A stretch of DNA of 62,111 nucleotides, the filler included, from Hausera hauseri (taxonomy: Eukaryota), in assembly GCA_046269625.1 (NCBI GenBank). It is 11 parts of 11 records of this genome, joined end to end, with 100 filler letters (N's around TTAATTAATTAA, not from the genome) between each part and the next. Parts side by side here need not be neighbours in the genome. Positions count along the whole stretch, not along the records: positions 1 to 4,400 come from JBJURY010600333.1; positions 4,501 to 9,670 come from JBJURY010316718.1; positions 9,771 to 14,362 come from JBJURY010514015.1; 8 more parts are not named here. One strand, written 5' to 3'. The position numbers and the translations under genes are program-made. The notes under the pieces were generated by a model that did no database searches, was not told the DNA's origin, and saw only the letters and a list, made by a program, of their open reading frames with translations. How positions within the stretch are numbered: position 1 is the stretch's first letter; each line of letters begins with the position of its first letter. Positions 1 to 11,821 of the stretch are shown here, piece after piece.

Positions 1-1071
1 ATTTGTTAAAGACACACCTCATAATTTAAACATTTTTGTGTTTGATTTCATTTGCAACGAGTACCTTTAATCTAACATGCATGATCTTGGTCTGGAAGAA
101 CCAGAGAAAACCATCAGATAACCATGAGTCAACAGTTTCCATGCTTTGAGGCACAAATAATGTGGGGAAAAGATGAGTAAGAAGTGAGATAAGAAAAGGT
201 TACATGCATAACAATCAGGAAGACAAACTGAATCTTAATTAAAATAAATAAATCACCCAGAAGTCATAAGTTTTTTGGAGTAGAGTGATTTTTTTGCAAA
301 TAAATCAGTTGCAATCCACTGTTTATACAGTCACAGATTCATCATTTAGCCATAAAGTGTGTTGATTTTAGTGCAAACCTGGGTATTAATTATCTTTAAT
401 TATGTTTGTTCACGTTGCGTAAAATGACGGTGTAAACTCGGTGACATTTCCATTTGTTGACAAAAAAAGTATGGCAATTGTTTTGTAAATCATTGTTTTA
501 AAATAATAATACGATATATAATAATATTGTTAAACAATGTCGTTCAGATCTATAGCAACAAGGTCAAGATGTAATTTAAACAAACGAATAACCGATTTTC
601 GTTGATAACCCTGTACATTGAACATTTCATATTTCAACAGATTCATATTGCATCAAAACTTACAATTTAACGATTTTGATACACTTTTGGTTTTGTCTAG
701 TTATTACGTACCTTTGTCATATTCATTTTATTAAATCAGCCAGTATCCCTGTTAGTACATCGCTTCTCTACCGTGCCGACCTCAACATCACTCGATAAGA
801 GATTTATTATAAAAGTTTATATAACATTTATCTCCTTCACTCATTAAATCAGTCTTATTTTGTTCTTTTTCTGAATTTCCTGACTTTCTGTTGGCTGTTT
901 ATTGAATTATCTTTGAACTAAATTTAAACGTTAATATCCGTTTCAATTCCTCCTCACAATTCCGAATTCTTATGACGAGTATATCAAATAATAAACTGCG
1001 GATGTCTTATTTTTTATATTGATTTATTTTAGATATAGAGTATCGATTGTAACATTTTCTTATTTTTTCAG

Positions 1072-1152
1072 TACGAGATCGGTTGCGAACACAAATGGAG
1101 CGAAATATCCTCGCCGCTATAAATCATCCGTTTATTGTCAAACTCATTTATG
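1072..1152 (+). CDS. RPS6KA: Internal 81-nt exon of a p90 ribosomal S6 kinase (RSK, RPS6KA family), N-terminal kinase domain
   Basis: Preceded by a T-rich tract and CAG acceptor (AG at 1070-1071), followed by a GTGAGT donor (1153). Translates as (V)[26 protein letters not shown](A), closely matching the RSK segment [28 protein letters not shown]. Too short for the ORF track. Confidence 0.88.
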
Positions 1153-1510
1153 GTGAGTTTCTAAAAAAATTTTAAGTTATCTTACGATCGAATGTATGAA
1201 TCGCAATAATTCGGTGGATTTGACCATTGTGGAATTAATCATACGAGACCATTGATTTAGTTCATGTATCGCCATTTAAAATTGTAAAATTGCTGCAATG
1301 TAATGTTTTGTTTTTAGTTTCTGATCCATAATCTAGTCACGTTTGTCAGTAGTTTTCCCTGTGTCATAAGTTTTCGAAAATTAACTTAATCATTGAACTA
1401 TTCTTACTCGTCTGGTGAAATCATACTTCTCTGTTTCCAACTTTATTCTTGTTTCCTGGTCCATTTATCCTTCGTTACAATGTAATCATATAATCACCAT
1501 ATAAAGTTAA

Positions 1511-4210
1511 CGCTAGACGGGCCCGGTTTATGTTATACCTAGAAGGACCAGAGCGGTCAAATTGACAGCTAGCTGTCCTTTAATCAGTTTCAACAACCGT
1601 TTGACTGATTTTGATGCAGATTTTTACATTTTGTTCAGAAAGTCCAGCACGCAAAGAACCGACAGTGATCACGTGACCGGAAGTAACATTAGTTAAGGCA
1701 CAGAAACTGAAATTAGCATCTAAGTGGTGCTCGTTTCGGTCAACCTGTATAGTCATGTTTTCGTGTAAGCCTATAAGAGTCACAAAAATCTGTGTCAGAT
1801 TTCAAACAATTTTCTGCTGTAACATATAAGCCTGTAAAAATAATGTTAACTTCTAATAAGCTATAATGTCAAAGAACATTTGCTATAATGCTTCTAACAT
1901 CACAGCAATTTTATCATTCTGTGCAAGACTGTTACATACACCGCGTACTGTTCCTGCCTCAAACTTCAGATGGAACAAATTGTTCAGAATAAAAGTAACA
2001 TAAATGAAAATGAAATAAAGCAAGAAATTAAATAATATTAATTAAACAATTGTTTGTCCTTACTGACAATATGTCAGTATCTGGCAGTTCTAGCTCGCGT
2101 TGCTGCTTTGACCAACTGAACAGTCCACGCACGTCAGTGGCTTTACAAAATGATCGATACAATTGCCACAGATAGCTTGGGAACACTGCGAACAAACGTC
2201 TTGTTCCTTTTACACTGTGAAACTTGACACTGACGACGTTTCCCACTGGCAGTAGAGGTGACAACGCCAGCAGTCAATGGAGTACCAATGTCATTTTTTC
2301 TGCAGTTACGTAGCTCGTTTGCCAACTGAAAAATGAACTGCCGTCTTGAGATGCGTGAACCAGTTACCAACTTGTACAACATCTGTGCATTGATAGCTGT
2401 TAGTTTGGACATCAACTGCAAACTTTGTGGTGTTGTAGAATTCAAATGTTTCAAGTTTCTTTCTCTGATCAGTCACGATGGTCACTGAACTGTGAAGTGA
2501 ACTCATTATAATGACATTCTTTGTTGGTTTGCACCTGTAGATTGTCAATGTGCAATTCTCATTTTTCAACAGTCGTATTGAATACAACTGAGCAGACGTG
2601 TTTGCAGTTGACGGTGGTAGTTCACGACGTGAACGATTGACGGTGCCAACCAAACTGGTCTTTTTATCTTGTATTTGCTTCAGCAGGTTCAGAAACGTGA
2701 AAAATTATCTATTGTGACCTTGTGACCTTTGCCGAGGTACAGATCCATTAGACGGAGAATCACACATTCAGACAACATTTGCCCTGGTGTACGTGGCTCG
2801 TCTCCCTAGATACGGAAAGCCGTTGACTAGGTATTTTGTATTTACATCAACAGCAATCCAGAACTTGATACCAAACTTGTCAGATTTATTAGCCATATAT
2901 ACTGAGTCCAGTGACAGCGAGGAATAACTCTTCGTCGATGGTTATGTTCTCACTAGGAATGTAACACATCTTGCTGTTGACTATAAATCGATTTCATATT
3001 TTTGACGCTATGGCGAACTTGTCGTTCATTATCTGTGCACCTCTTATTGATTTCATATCGAACCTCAAAAACTTAATTATCTCATTGAACCTGTTTTGAT
3101 TCATTGTAGTCTTACAAACCGACAATCCCAACTCAGTGTACCACAGGCTTTTTAGTGGTAAACCTTTAGCACCAGTAACTCCACGTACGTAGAGAATGAG
3201 TATGAATGCTTCCAATCCATGATCCATCTTGTAGTCGTCGGTGACCTTTTTCTTGTGTGCAACGCTGTATGTGTCGAAGAAGTGACTCGTCAATTATGAG
3301 TGAAAACGCGCTGAGGGCCAATCCTTCTTTCACTCAATGAGAGGCGTATGGTGTTGGTCCAGGTTTGTTTTTGAAGACATCGTGTTGTGGTCTTATACGA
3401 ACACTTTCAGTTCCAATCACACCTTCGTTCCACACAGACCCATTGCGACCTCTGTCAACATCAAACCTTTGGCTACCGTCGTCAGAATAGGAAAGGATGT
3501 TGCAACTGCTTCTATTTCCACGTCCTCGACCTCGACCTCTTACCGGATGACCACCGCGACCAGTAGATGTATGATGTCCATTACTAACTGCAGCAACAAA
3601 GTCTTTATCGTATTTGCCCTGGTAGACACGCTGTTTGTTGTACTGATGACCGAATTACTTACAGTGACAAAGGTGGCAACTTCATCAGACCCAGACTTAT
3701 TCCTTTCAATTTTTTCACTCTCAGCACTGTCTGAACTATCTTGTACGATAGGGCCATGGTTGATCTCATAGTCCAACAGTGAATCACGGCTAGTTTCACT
3801 GTCTTCTCCAGAATCATCAACGGCAATTGGTTGCATAAGCTGCAGACATTGGAGACCACTCAAACGTTGAGGTCGATACATCGTTTCACTAAAAATATGT
3901 AAGTAAACTCGACAAAATGAAGTAAATTAAAATAACACATACAGTTACATCGAAATTACATCATACAATTATGTCATTCTAAGTCACGTGATCATACCAG
4001 CAAGTAATAATTAACAGCGTTTTCTTGTCTGTACATGACAACGGTCAAATTGACCGCTATGGTCCTTCTAGGTATATCGCGTTAGACATGGCAGCCGATT
4101 AGGTGGTTTGAATAAGTTTGCACCAGTCTTCGTAGATTGGGGACATTAACAAAGTCGTAAAGTTTCATTATCCGATCTGTACAAATGTGCGCGTTGCGAA
4201 GTATCCAGTG
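1511..4210 (-). mobile_element. Degenerate piggyBac (PGBD4/Looper-like) DNA transposon, apparently intronic in the RSK gene
   Basis: TTAA at 1507-1510 and 4211-4214 with imperfect termini CGCTAGAC / ATCCAGTG. A stronger subterminal inverted repeat TATACCTAGAAGGACCA-AGCGGTCAA-TTGAC lies at 1534-1566 and about 4044-4076. Broken transposase on the minus strand (about 2143-3881): MNQNRFNEIIKFLRFD, PDKFGIKFW, LVGTVNRSRRELP, YNTTKFAVDV, and a C-terminal Cys-rich tail RRQCQVSQCKRNKT. Confidence 0.9.
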
Positions 4211-4400
4211 TTAACTATCCATATAATACTTCAACTGATTTATCAGATAAATTTAAATACATTGTAAAAAAATTGTAAAGCATCGATATTACAAAAAGTT
4301 TCAAATTTGGAAGTTATACTAAAATGGTAAATTTTTCAAATTATGGAATCGCATATGCAAGGAGTATGTTGTATTATAAAAACACTCGCATAACTATTTC

Positions 4401-4500
4401 NNNNNNNNNNNNNNNNNNNNNNNNNNNNNNNNNNNNNNNNNNNNTTAATTAATTAANNNNNNNNNNNNNNNNNNNNNNNNNNNNNNNNNNNNNNNNNNNN
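4401..4500. other. Artificial contig spacer N44-TTAATTAATTAA-N44. Also at 9671-9770, 14363-14462, 19519-19618, 24639-24738, 30049-30148, 35110-35209, 46605-46704, 52931-53030 and 57113-57212
   Basis: The same 100-nt block occurs ten times; the central 12-mer gives stops in all six frames. Confidence 0.98.
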
Positions 4501-4669
4501 ATTTGGGAAACCTTGATTTTAGAATAGTAAGTTTAAAATCATAATTTCATTTGTCTTTGGCAACTTATCAATTGTTGTTACTATATTATATAAATATTGT
4601 TTAGTTTTTCATATTGATCCATCTTCACTTACTTTAGTGTTCCTACATCATACCCAAATAAAATACTAG

Positions 4670-5050
4670 GATTACTCATGCAACTCCATAATTATGTTTA
4701 ATTCTGTTAAATTTCATAATTTTTGCACAGACTGTGAGAATAGTAAAGTAAGTGTCAATAAATGCGATTGATATTCAAGTAAAATGCAACGTGGTAAATA
4801 TTGTGTAAGATTTATCTTTGCACCATTATACGAATATGATGGCCGTCATAAAATCAATATTAAGATTACTCATATGCAACTTCATAACTATGTTTCATTC
4901 TGTTAAATTTCAGAATTTTACTGGTGATGTAAGATTACTAAAGGAGGTGTATGAATGCGAATGACCCTCAAGTAAAATGCTGTGATACATATCGTGTAAG
5001 GTTGATCTTTGAAACATTGTGCATACATGACATACTTCATAGAATTAATA
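4670..5050 (+). repeat. Two diverged tandem copies of a ~195-bp unit
   Basis: GATTACTCAT(AT)GCAACT-CATAA-TATGTTT-ATTCTGTTAAATTTCA-AATTTT...TCAAGTAAAATGC...TGTAAG-TT-ATCTTTG starts at about 4670 and again at about 4864. Confidence 0.85.
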
Positions 5051-5396
5051 CATTAATTAAATATTCATAAATTTAATTCACATTATTCAAATGACATTTA
5101 AAGCAGATTACAAAAATCTAAGACAAATTAACTTTAGTTAATATCTTGGTTTTATCAAGTGAGTTCAAATAAATAAGAAATGTGCTTTGAATAGTCGGCG
5201 AAATGCATCGCCCTTTATTCCAAAAAATATCAAGTTTTTTCTTTTATTTTTACGTTGTCATGACAATGTGACCTCAATTCTTTGACACTTTTATTTTTGA
5301 ATATTTCATGAACACTGAAATTTGATAACTATTTTTAATTTAACAGAATTGTATATTTATAAGAAAATAATGAAAATTAAATAAAAATTTACTTTT

Positions 5397-7580
5397 ATGG
5401 AAACCAACAAAACAGACGTTTCTAGCAGAATTAGTTCGTCGTTGCCATCAGAAAATCCGCCGACGTCATTTGTTTCATCGAATTTTGACAATTTAGAAGC
5501 AGCACGAGTTAAAGCTGCCGAACAAATAATCAATGTTGACCAATTTTTTCTGGACATTAACGGAGAAGTAAAAGTTTATTCGGACAAATTCTCGCTGTTG
5601 GGCGACAATTCGGAGGAGCTGAATGACGAACAAACAAGTAAATTAATGATGAATCAACGTTGTTATTTTTTGTCCATAGAATTCGATGATCAAGAGCTAC
5701 AAGGCGATGACGATTTATTGACCCATTCGACGGGGCTAGCCGAAGAATACGCTGATGAGAATGTCAATTTCGCGGCAAATTTCCTGCCGACTGCGTGGAC
5801 AACTGCGGTGATTTATTCGCTACCGACGATCCGGCAAGTGCTGGACACACGTGCCAGCGAGAAATACGCTTCAGGAATGATTGAACTGAAATGCGGCGAA
5901 TTGACAAAAGCACTCACGGCATTTACCCACTGCATTCATTTGAAGCCGAACGAACCGTCGTATTTCGCAAATCGGGCTGAAGTTTATTTCCATTTGACGG
6001 ATTTCCAATCGGCGATACTCAACTACAAACGAGCGTGCATTCTCGATCCGGACAATCGCGATTTTTTCAATCGGCTGACATTCCTCTACGTTTTCCAATC
6101 ACAGATTTTGTTTGACCAGGGAATGCATTCATCCGCACTGGCATCACTGAGTAAAGCCATTGAAATGTGTCCGGATAATCCGTCGTATCAGACACGAGCG
6201 ATCGCTTGTCTCGCTGCAATGAATCGCCATAGCGAATGTCTCGCGCTCATCGACAAACAAATCGCCGATGATAATGGCAATGCGGATTTTTTTGTCCTTC
6301 GTGCGAAATTGCATGCGTCATTTCGTAATTTTACTCTGTGCTACTACGATTTAATTGATGCGTTGAAAATCGATCCGGACCATTGCGAAGCTAAGCGAGT
6401 TCTTCAGCGAATGGCTGACGAGGCCGATATGCTGAAATGCCAGTCTGTCGAAATGGGATTGTGCAGTCGGCTGCATGAAGCCGTCAACAAAATTTCGTTG
6501 GCAATCGAACTCAATCCGATCGTTGGGGATTTCCACGTGAAACGCGGTGCATTTTATCGGCGGATGAAAAATTTTACAGCGGCGATCGACGATTTTTTGA
6601 TGGCGATGGATAAAGTTGATCATGATGAGGAACACGATACGTACCGACTAGCACAACGGCAACTCGTTCTGACTTTCAATGACTTTGCCGTTCAGTGCTT
6701 CTTCCGAGGATGCTACAATGAGGCTCTCACTCTGCTAAACAAAGCCATTCAGTCAGAAAAATCCGAACCGGGATTCTACATCAATCGCGGAGATTGTTTC
6801 TACAAATTACAACAATGGGACTTTGCACTCGCCGATTATGAACAAGCCGCTGGCATGTCGGATTTGTTCGCTTCGACGGGAAAAAGTCGAATGGCTCTTG
6901 TCCATTTCTCCACAGCCCAACGAGCATTCTCATCCGAACGGTACGTCGAAGCAAATAAATCTCTCAGCCTAGCACTAAATAATAACGCTTATCAGTCAGT
7001 ATTTTGGAATACCCGCGCTCGAACAAGGTATCTGCTGGAGGACTTTAGAGGGGCTCGTATGGATTTGATTTGCGGCATTCTACTGGCCGGCTTTGACAAG
7101 TCGATTGAATCAACTTTCCATCGACTTTTTCCTGGCAAAACAATGAACCAAGTGCTGGAATCAAAATTGGCTTCAAATGCCAAGAAAGAATTTATTCAAC
7201 TGTCGGCTAATCAGCGACACAGTCAAGGAAATACGGATGCATTAAATAAATCATTGATTCCACAGCAAACTGATAATTTTCCACACAATGATATAAATAC
7301 AGAGAAGGAACAGTTGCTCGAATCTCTTGTAGAGTGCCGATATGTTGAGCAACAAATTAAACTGATGACTGACGATAAAAGTTTTATGAAAAATAAAATC
7401 GGTGCCGTCCGTCGGTCGTCGATTGAGGATATAATACTGCCTGACAATAGACTGTTGGTTGAACGTATAGTCGGTAAAAGTGACGGAACAAAGTATTTAA
7501 TGAACAGAAATGGTTGTCTTGTTAAAGTTACTGAACCGAAAGGATGGCGAAAATTTAAAAGTGGTATTGAGAAAACATAA
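5397..7580 (+). CDS. TTC16: Tetratricopeptide repeat protein, TTC16-like, single-exon ORF of 727 aa
   Basis: Serial TPR motifs with TTC16-type segments RAEVYFHLTDFQSAILNYKRA, AQRQLVLTFNDFAVQCF, LLNKAIQSEKSEPGFYINRGDCF and GARMDL...RLFPGKTMNQVL. Uninterrupted frame, higher GC than the flanks. Confidence 0.88.
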   Translation: METNKTDVSSRISSSLPSENPPTSFVSSNFDNLEAARVKAAEQIINVDQFFLDINGEVKVYSDKFSLLGDNSEELNDEQTSKLMMNQRCYFLSIEFDDQELQGDDDLLTHSTGLAEEYADENVNFAANFLPTAWTTAVIYSLPTIRQVLDTRASEKYASGMIELKCGELTKALTAFTHCIHLKPNEPSYFANRAEVYFHLTDFQSAILNYKRACILDPDNRDFFNRLTFLYVFQSQILFDQGMHSSALASLSKAIEMCPDNPSYQTRAIACLAAMNRHSECLALIDKQIADDNGNADFFVLRAKLHASFRNFTLCYYDLIDALKIDPDHCEAKRVLQRMADEADMLKCQSVEMGLCSRLHEAVNKISLAIELNPIVGDFHVKRGAFYRRMKNFTAAIDDFLMAMDKVDHDEEHDTYRLAQRQLVLTFNDFAVQCFFRGCYNEALTLLNKAIQSEKSEPGFYINRGDCFYKLQQWDFALADYEQAAGMSDLFASTGKSRMALVHFSTAQRAFSSERYVEANKSLSLALNNNAYQSVFWNTRARTRYLLEDFRGARMDLICGILLAGFDKSIESTFHRLFPGKTMNQVLESKLASNAKKEFIQLSANQRHSQGNTDALNKSLIPQQTDNFPHNDINTEKEQLLESLVECRYVEQQIKLMTDDKSFMKNKIGAVRRSSIEDIILPDNRLLVERIVGKSDGTKYLMNRNGCLVKVTEPKGWRKFKSGIEKT

Positions 7581-7807
7581 AAAACCATTAGTAACTTCAG
7601 TTTTCTTTCTTGAACATTGATCTATTGAAACTTCGATGATGGACGAATAACGTTCATCAAATAAAAATCCACTGCATCGAGGTAATCGTATAAGTACTAT
7701 TCAATTTCAAACATCTACCATTTGTTTAATATTACACCGGCTAGTTATTGAATTATTTTTAAAGCTACGTAAATTTCAGAGAAAAGATATTTGATGAAAA
7801 TAAGAAT

Positions 7808-7860
7808 TTAACACATTGACTGCCATGGTGGTTACTGGTGACCGGCGACGCGACCAATAG
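7808..7860 (+). mobile_element. Probable piggyBac-type terminus (TTAA + CACATTGACTGCCA), other end not seen
   Basis: TTAA at 7808-7811 followed by a GC-richer terminal motif in AT-rich DNA. No partner found in this contig. Confidence 0.35.
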
Positions 7861-8829
7861 TAAAAATATCATAATTACTGATAAATTTTTCAGTAATACC
7901 ATCTTTACTATAATGGTTTGAAAAAATTAATGCCATATGGAACATAAAAATAATTTTATTAACACATGAAAAATATACATATTATCTGTCCCCACTGCGA
8001 TGAATCACCTTGGAACACTATAGTCAAAGAAAAGGGTGAACCAATAACCAGTAATCAAACCAGTAACCATATTGACGATTTGACATTACTATTCGCCTTT
8101 CGTATCTGATGAAGTGACATTAATAATTCGCTAACTCGCCTTTTAAATTCGACGTCCGGTCGACATTACCAAAATACCGACAAAACTCGTTATGACAATC
8201 TCTCTGATCGAATTATTGATAAACGTATAATCAATATTTACATTAAAGATTATGTAACTGTCATGTATTAAAGTTGCCTATGTAGATTTTTCCTGTACAT
8301 GTTTATTTAACGGATGTCATATGCCAATTATATTGTATTAAAAAGTAGTATAAATAGTGTAATGATTTTCACTAAAATACAACTTCTCTTCACGAGTGAT
8401 CACGACATTCTACGACATTGTATTATTTGTTAAAACGTGAGTATTGTTGTTATTGCATGGTTTTTAGTTTTGCATTTCTATATTTAATACATTTTTTATA
8501 TTGCTTTACGAATTTGTCCATTAACCTATCTTAATTAAGTGAGTAACTAAATAAAAAGCAAGTAATTTGGATTAACGCCGTCTAGGTCCACCCTACCTAA
8601 CGGCAGCCAGTATAACTTTCAATAATCAGTGCCAAATAACACAGTAGTAAATAAAGTAAACGCCCCACAGGCAGGATTTTCCCGCACACATTACCTATAA
8701 GATAAAGTTAAGTAAGGTAATCATCTGTCTGCAACCCCATCACGACCAACGAATTTGTTCACCCCTTTAATTCAATAAAAGACCAAGGTAAAGTCTCTCC
8801 CACCGCCGAATTAACGGGAACTGAACAAC

Positions 8830-8847
8830 TGGTGCCGTGACCCGGGA
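8830..8847 (+). promoter_or_regulatory. Primer binding site complementary to the tRNA-His 3' end
   Basis: TGGTGCCGTGACCCGGGA, 2 nt after the LTR-terminal CA. The same 18-mer occurs on the minus strand at 30225-30242. Confidence 0.85.
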
Positions 8848-8960
8848 CCTCTCGATATAAGAAAGAGAAGCTAGTATTCAAGATAACGACCAGAAGAGGG
8901 ACACCTTACCAGGTAGAAATAGAAGATAATCCACCTTTTGGATTAGAGTTCATAAACTAT

Positions 8961-9670
8961 TTGAGTGAAGAAGAAGAGGATAGAATGGCTAGAAACGACC
9001 ACGTAGTAGAGCAGGTGATACAGTCAAAAGCTGACTTCACCCTGCCAATGAAGAAATTTTCAGGGAAGGAGGATGTACAAGACTTCATCATGGAGTACGA
9101 AGTTTATTCAAAGAGCTTTGGATGGACGGACCAACAGCGAATGGAAAGATTACCTCTTCATTTAAAAGGAACAGCCTTAACCATTTACTTCCAGATGCCT
9201 GAAGACGATAAGAAAGATTGGAAAACCGTCAAAGAAAAATTGCCACAAAAGTTTTTAGTTGACCCTTCCGGAAAAGGAAGGATAGAAGAGTTCATACGAA
9301 GAAGGCAACGGAAAGACGAGACGGTTCAAGATTTTGTATGCGCACTGGAGAAATTGGCAGCTAGGGCATATCCTGATGCAACGATAAGAGGTAATGCGCT
9401 ACTGGCTCAATTCCAATATGGACTTGAAGGAAAATTAAGAACGATAATCTTACAGGCTGATCCTCCCACATTTCAGGACGCCATAAGGAAGGCACGTAAG
9501 GCAGAACGTGATGAAGAGTTGTACAAGTGGAGTAAGCCAAAAAGATATAATGGATACGATGATAAGCGAAAGAATAATAATACACAAAAATACGAAAGGT
9601 ATAATAGAAATAGAAGTCCTTCGCAAACTTCAGCCACAGAAGCTGAATCTGACGTTGAGAAGAAAGTGAG
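8961..9670 (+). CDS. gag: Retrotransposon Gag (capsid-like), 3'-truncated; first ATG at about 8985
   Basis: KFSGKEDVQDFIMEYE...WTDQQRMERLPLHLKGTA...W; RRQRKDETVQDFVCALEKLAARAYP...QFQYGL, typical Gypsy capsid motifs. Confidence 0.88.
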
Positions 9671-9770
9671 NNNNNNNNNNNNNNNNNNNNNNNNNNNNNN
9701 NNNNNNNNNNNNNNTTAATTAATTAANNNNNNNNNNNNNNNNNNNNNNNNNNNNNNNNNNNNNNNNNNNN

Positions 9771-9975
9771 AGAGAATGACTAGATGCCAGAAAAGAGATT
9801 CTTCTGCTATCGAAAATGAATCATCAAAATATCGTTACGTATTTGAATTCATTCGAAGAAGAGGGAAAATTCCATATTTTAATGGAATATTGCGAAGGCG
9901 GTGATCTGGCTAGTAGATTAGAAGCCCAGAATGGAATATTTCTAAAAGAAGATCAAATTCTAAACCATTTCGTAG
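9771..9975 (+). CDS. Fragment or exon of a NIMA-related kinase (NEK1/NEK5-like), subdomains III-VIa
   Basis: DARKEILLLSKMNHQNIVTYLNSFEEEGKFHILMEYCEGGDLASRLEAQNGIFLKEDQILNHFV resembles NEK1 [29 protein letters not shown]...QKGVLFQEDQILDWFV. Similarity stops at about 9975 (possible GT donor at 9972). Confidence 0.8.
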
Positions 9976-10630
9976 AATCTTTTGGTACCAAACACAAATC
10001 TTAAGAATGAGGTGTTTTTTGATACATATTTAGATATTTATACTAAAATTTAAATTTAATCAACAATTTCCTAAAATTGACTTTTGTGGCCTTTGCAGTA
10101 AGAAATTAGTAAATGAGTTTTAATAGGAGACACTTACCAAAACGTGGTGGAAAGGTCAAAAATAATTTTTCTGAAAGTACACCAATACAAAGGCAGAATT
10201 TAGAATCCCAAAATATTCCGTATAATCCGGTTCGCCAAAATTCAAAAAAAAAATCAAATAATTCGCAAAAGGTACCATGCTTCTCAGACTTATAATGACC
10301 CTAAGACGATTAATTTTTTATGTAAATATTACTTGGGAAACTTTGTCACTATCAAAACAGAAAATGAAGAATTTAATGGTGTATTGAAAGTAGTATCTCC
10401 AAATGGAGATTTTTGTTTAACAGAAGCTACGGTTTTTATGAATAATAATGAATATATAAACAGAATTGTATATAATACAATATAAGCTGCTAAGCAGCTG
10501 AAAGAATAATAATTGAAGGAAAATTGATTTGGAAAAAATTGAAAATTAAATGATTGTTCAAAAAGTCCTATTAAGGACCAAAACAACCAACTCAAATTTT
10601 ATATAAAATATCAGGAGAAAAGAAGAAAAA

Positions 10631-11821
10631 ATGGTATCAATAGACACAGTTGAATTCAAAAGCCATGCCTCTCAATTCTCACCTAAAAAGGTGAAAAATT
10701 CAGGCCGGGAAAGGCCTCAAAAGTACAGACGATCAAAAGTGTCCCAATCGCTTTATTTACAGAAACAAATACAACACTCTGAGATGAAAATTTTGTATTA
10801 CAAAACACAAAGGATGAATTTTATCTCCATATCTCACCGAATTTCTGAAACCAAAAAACGATTTAAGGTTGTACAACCATGTCAGAGAAATAGAACAGAA
10901 CTTGAAATGAGTGATCAGTTTGATCTATTATGCGTTCCAAAACTCATTCGTCGAGACGTGATTGCTTTATTTGGAAATCTTAGTTCTTTGGATAGTTGTG
11001 ATTTAAACGAAATTATAACAAAATGGAAAGACACACAAAACTCAAACTCAACACAGAGATGGAAACACATTGATGCTTCTACGTTTGAAGTCAGAAACGA
11101 AAATTCATCGAATACGTTTGACTTTGACTTACCACTCAGGACCAAGTTTTATTTGATCCTCCCAAAGATATTTGTGTGTTATGTAAATAAGAACGTTATT
11201 GGTTACTGTCGTTTTTTCGGTTTGATAAACCCTGCCAGGGTTTGTGCGTGTTTGTTTGTGTTTGATAAACTCTGTATGTTTGTTTATAGCCACATATCTA
11301 ATGGTGGAGAAATTCCCCCGGAGAGCAGCCCTCCGATATCAATGGCTGCGAAAATTGAAAAAATTGATTTCAAGGGTTTCATATATATGTATATTTTTGA
11401 TAAAGGGTACGGGGAAGTTATGGGAATATATAAACTGGTGGATATAAACTTGAGGTCAAATCCAAGAAGAAAAAGACATGTATGGAAAATGGACTCACAT
11501 ATATGTCGTGTTTTAATGGGGAAAAAGGGGTTTCTCGGGGAAGACAAACAAAACTCTATAAGGTTTGCTAGTTATGGGCCCAGCAAACTTCAAAATGGAG
11601 CACTTATAAAATATGGGAGATTTAATTGCAATGAGGCACCTATTTTAAACCTTTCAACAAATGGTAGCAGGGCGTGGTTTCAATCCACGAGGCTACCATA
11701 TAAATATTTTTGTGTGTATCTAACAAATGGTAGCAGAGCGTGGTTTCAATCCACGATGCTATCATTTATATACTTTGATATTGTATCTCTAACAGTCGGG
11801 TTATGTATATCGAACTGTTAA
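10631..11821 (+). CDS. Uncharacterised 396-aa ORF, basic N-terminus, no family recognised
   Basis: A 1.19-kb open frame in AT-rich DNA is unlikely by chance. The 3' end contains a ~66-bp tandem duplication (TNGSRAWFQST twice). Confidence 0.45.
   Translation: MVSIDTVEFKSHASQFSPKKVKNSGRERPQKYRRSKVSQSLYLQKQIQHSEMKILYYKTQRMNFISISHRISETKKRFKVVQPCQRNRTELEMSDQFDLLCVPKLIRRDVIALFGNLSSLDSCDLNEIITKWKDTQNSNSTQRWKHIDASTFEVRNENSSNTFDFDLPLRTKFYLILPKIFVCYVNKNVIGYCRFFGLINPARVCACLFVFDKLCMFVYSHISNGGEIPPESSPPISMAAKIEKIDFKGFIYMYIFDKGYGEVMGIYKLVDINLRSNPRRKRHVWKMDSHICRVLMGKKGFLGEDKQNSIRFASYGPSKLQNGALIKYGRFNCNEAPILNLSTNGSRAWFQSTRLPYKYFCVYLTNGSRAWFQSTMLSFIYFDIVSLTVGLCISNC

Larger units (their letters stand above)
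8000..9670 (+). mobile_element. 5' part of a Ty3/Gypsy LTR retrotransposon: LTR (start uncertain, end about 8827), tRNA-His PBS, gag
   Basis: AATAAA motifs in the LTR, which ends TGAACA; PBS TGGTGCCGTGACCCGGGA at 8830-8847; gag follows and is cut by the contig end. Confidence 0.85.
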
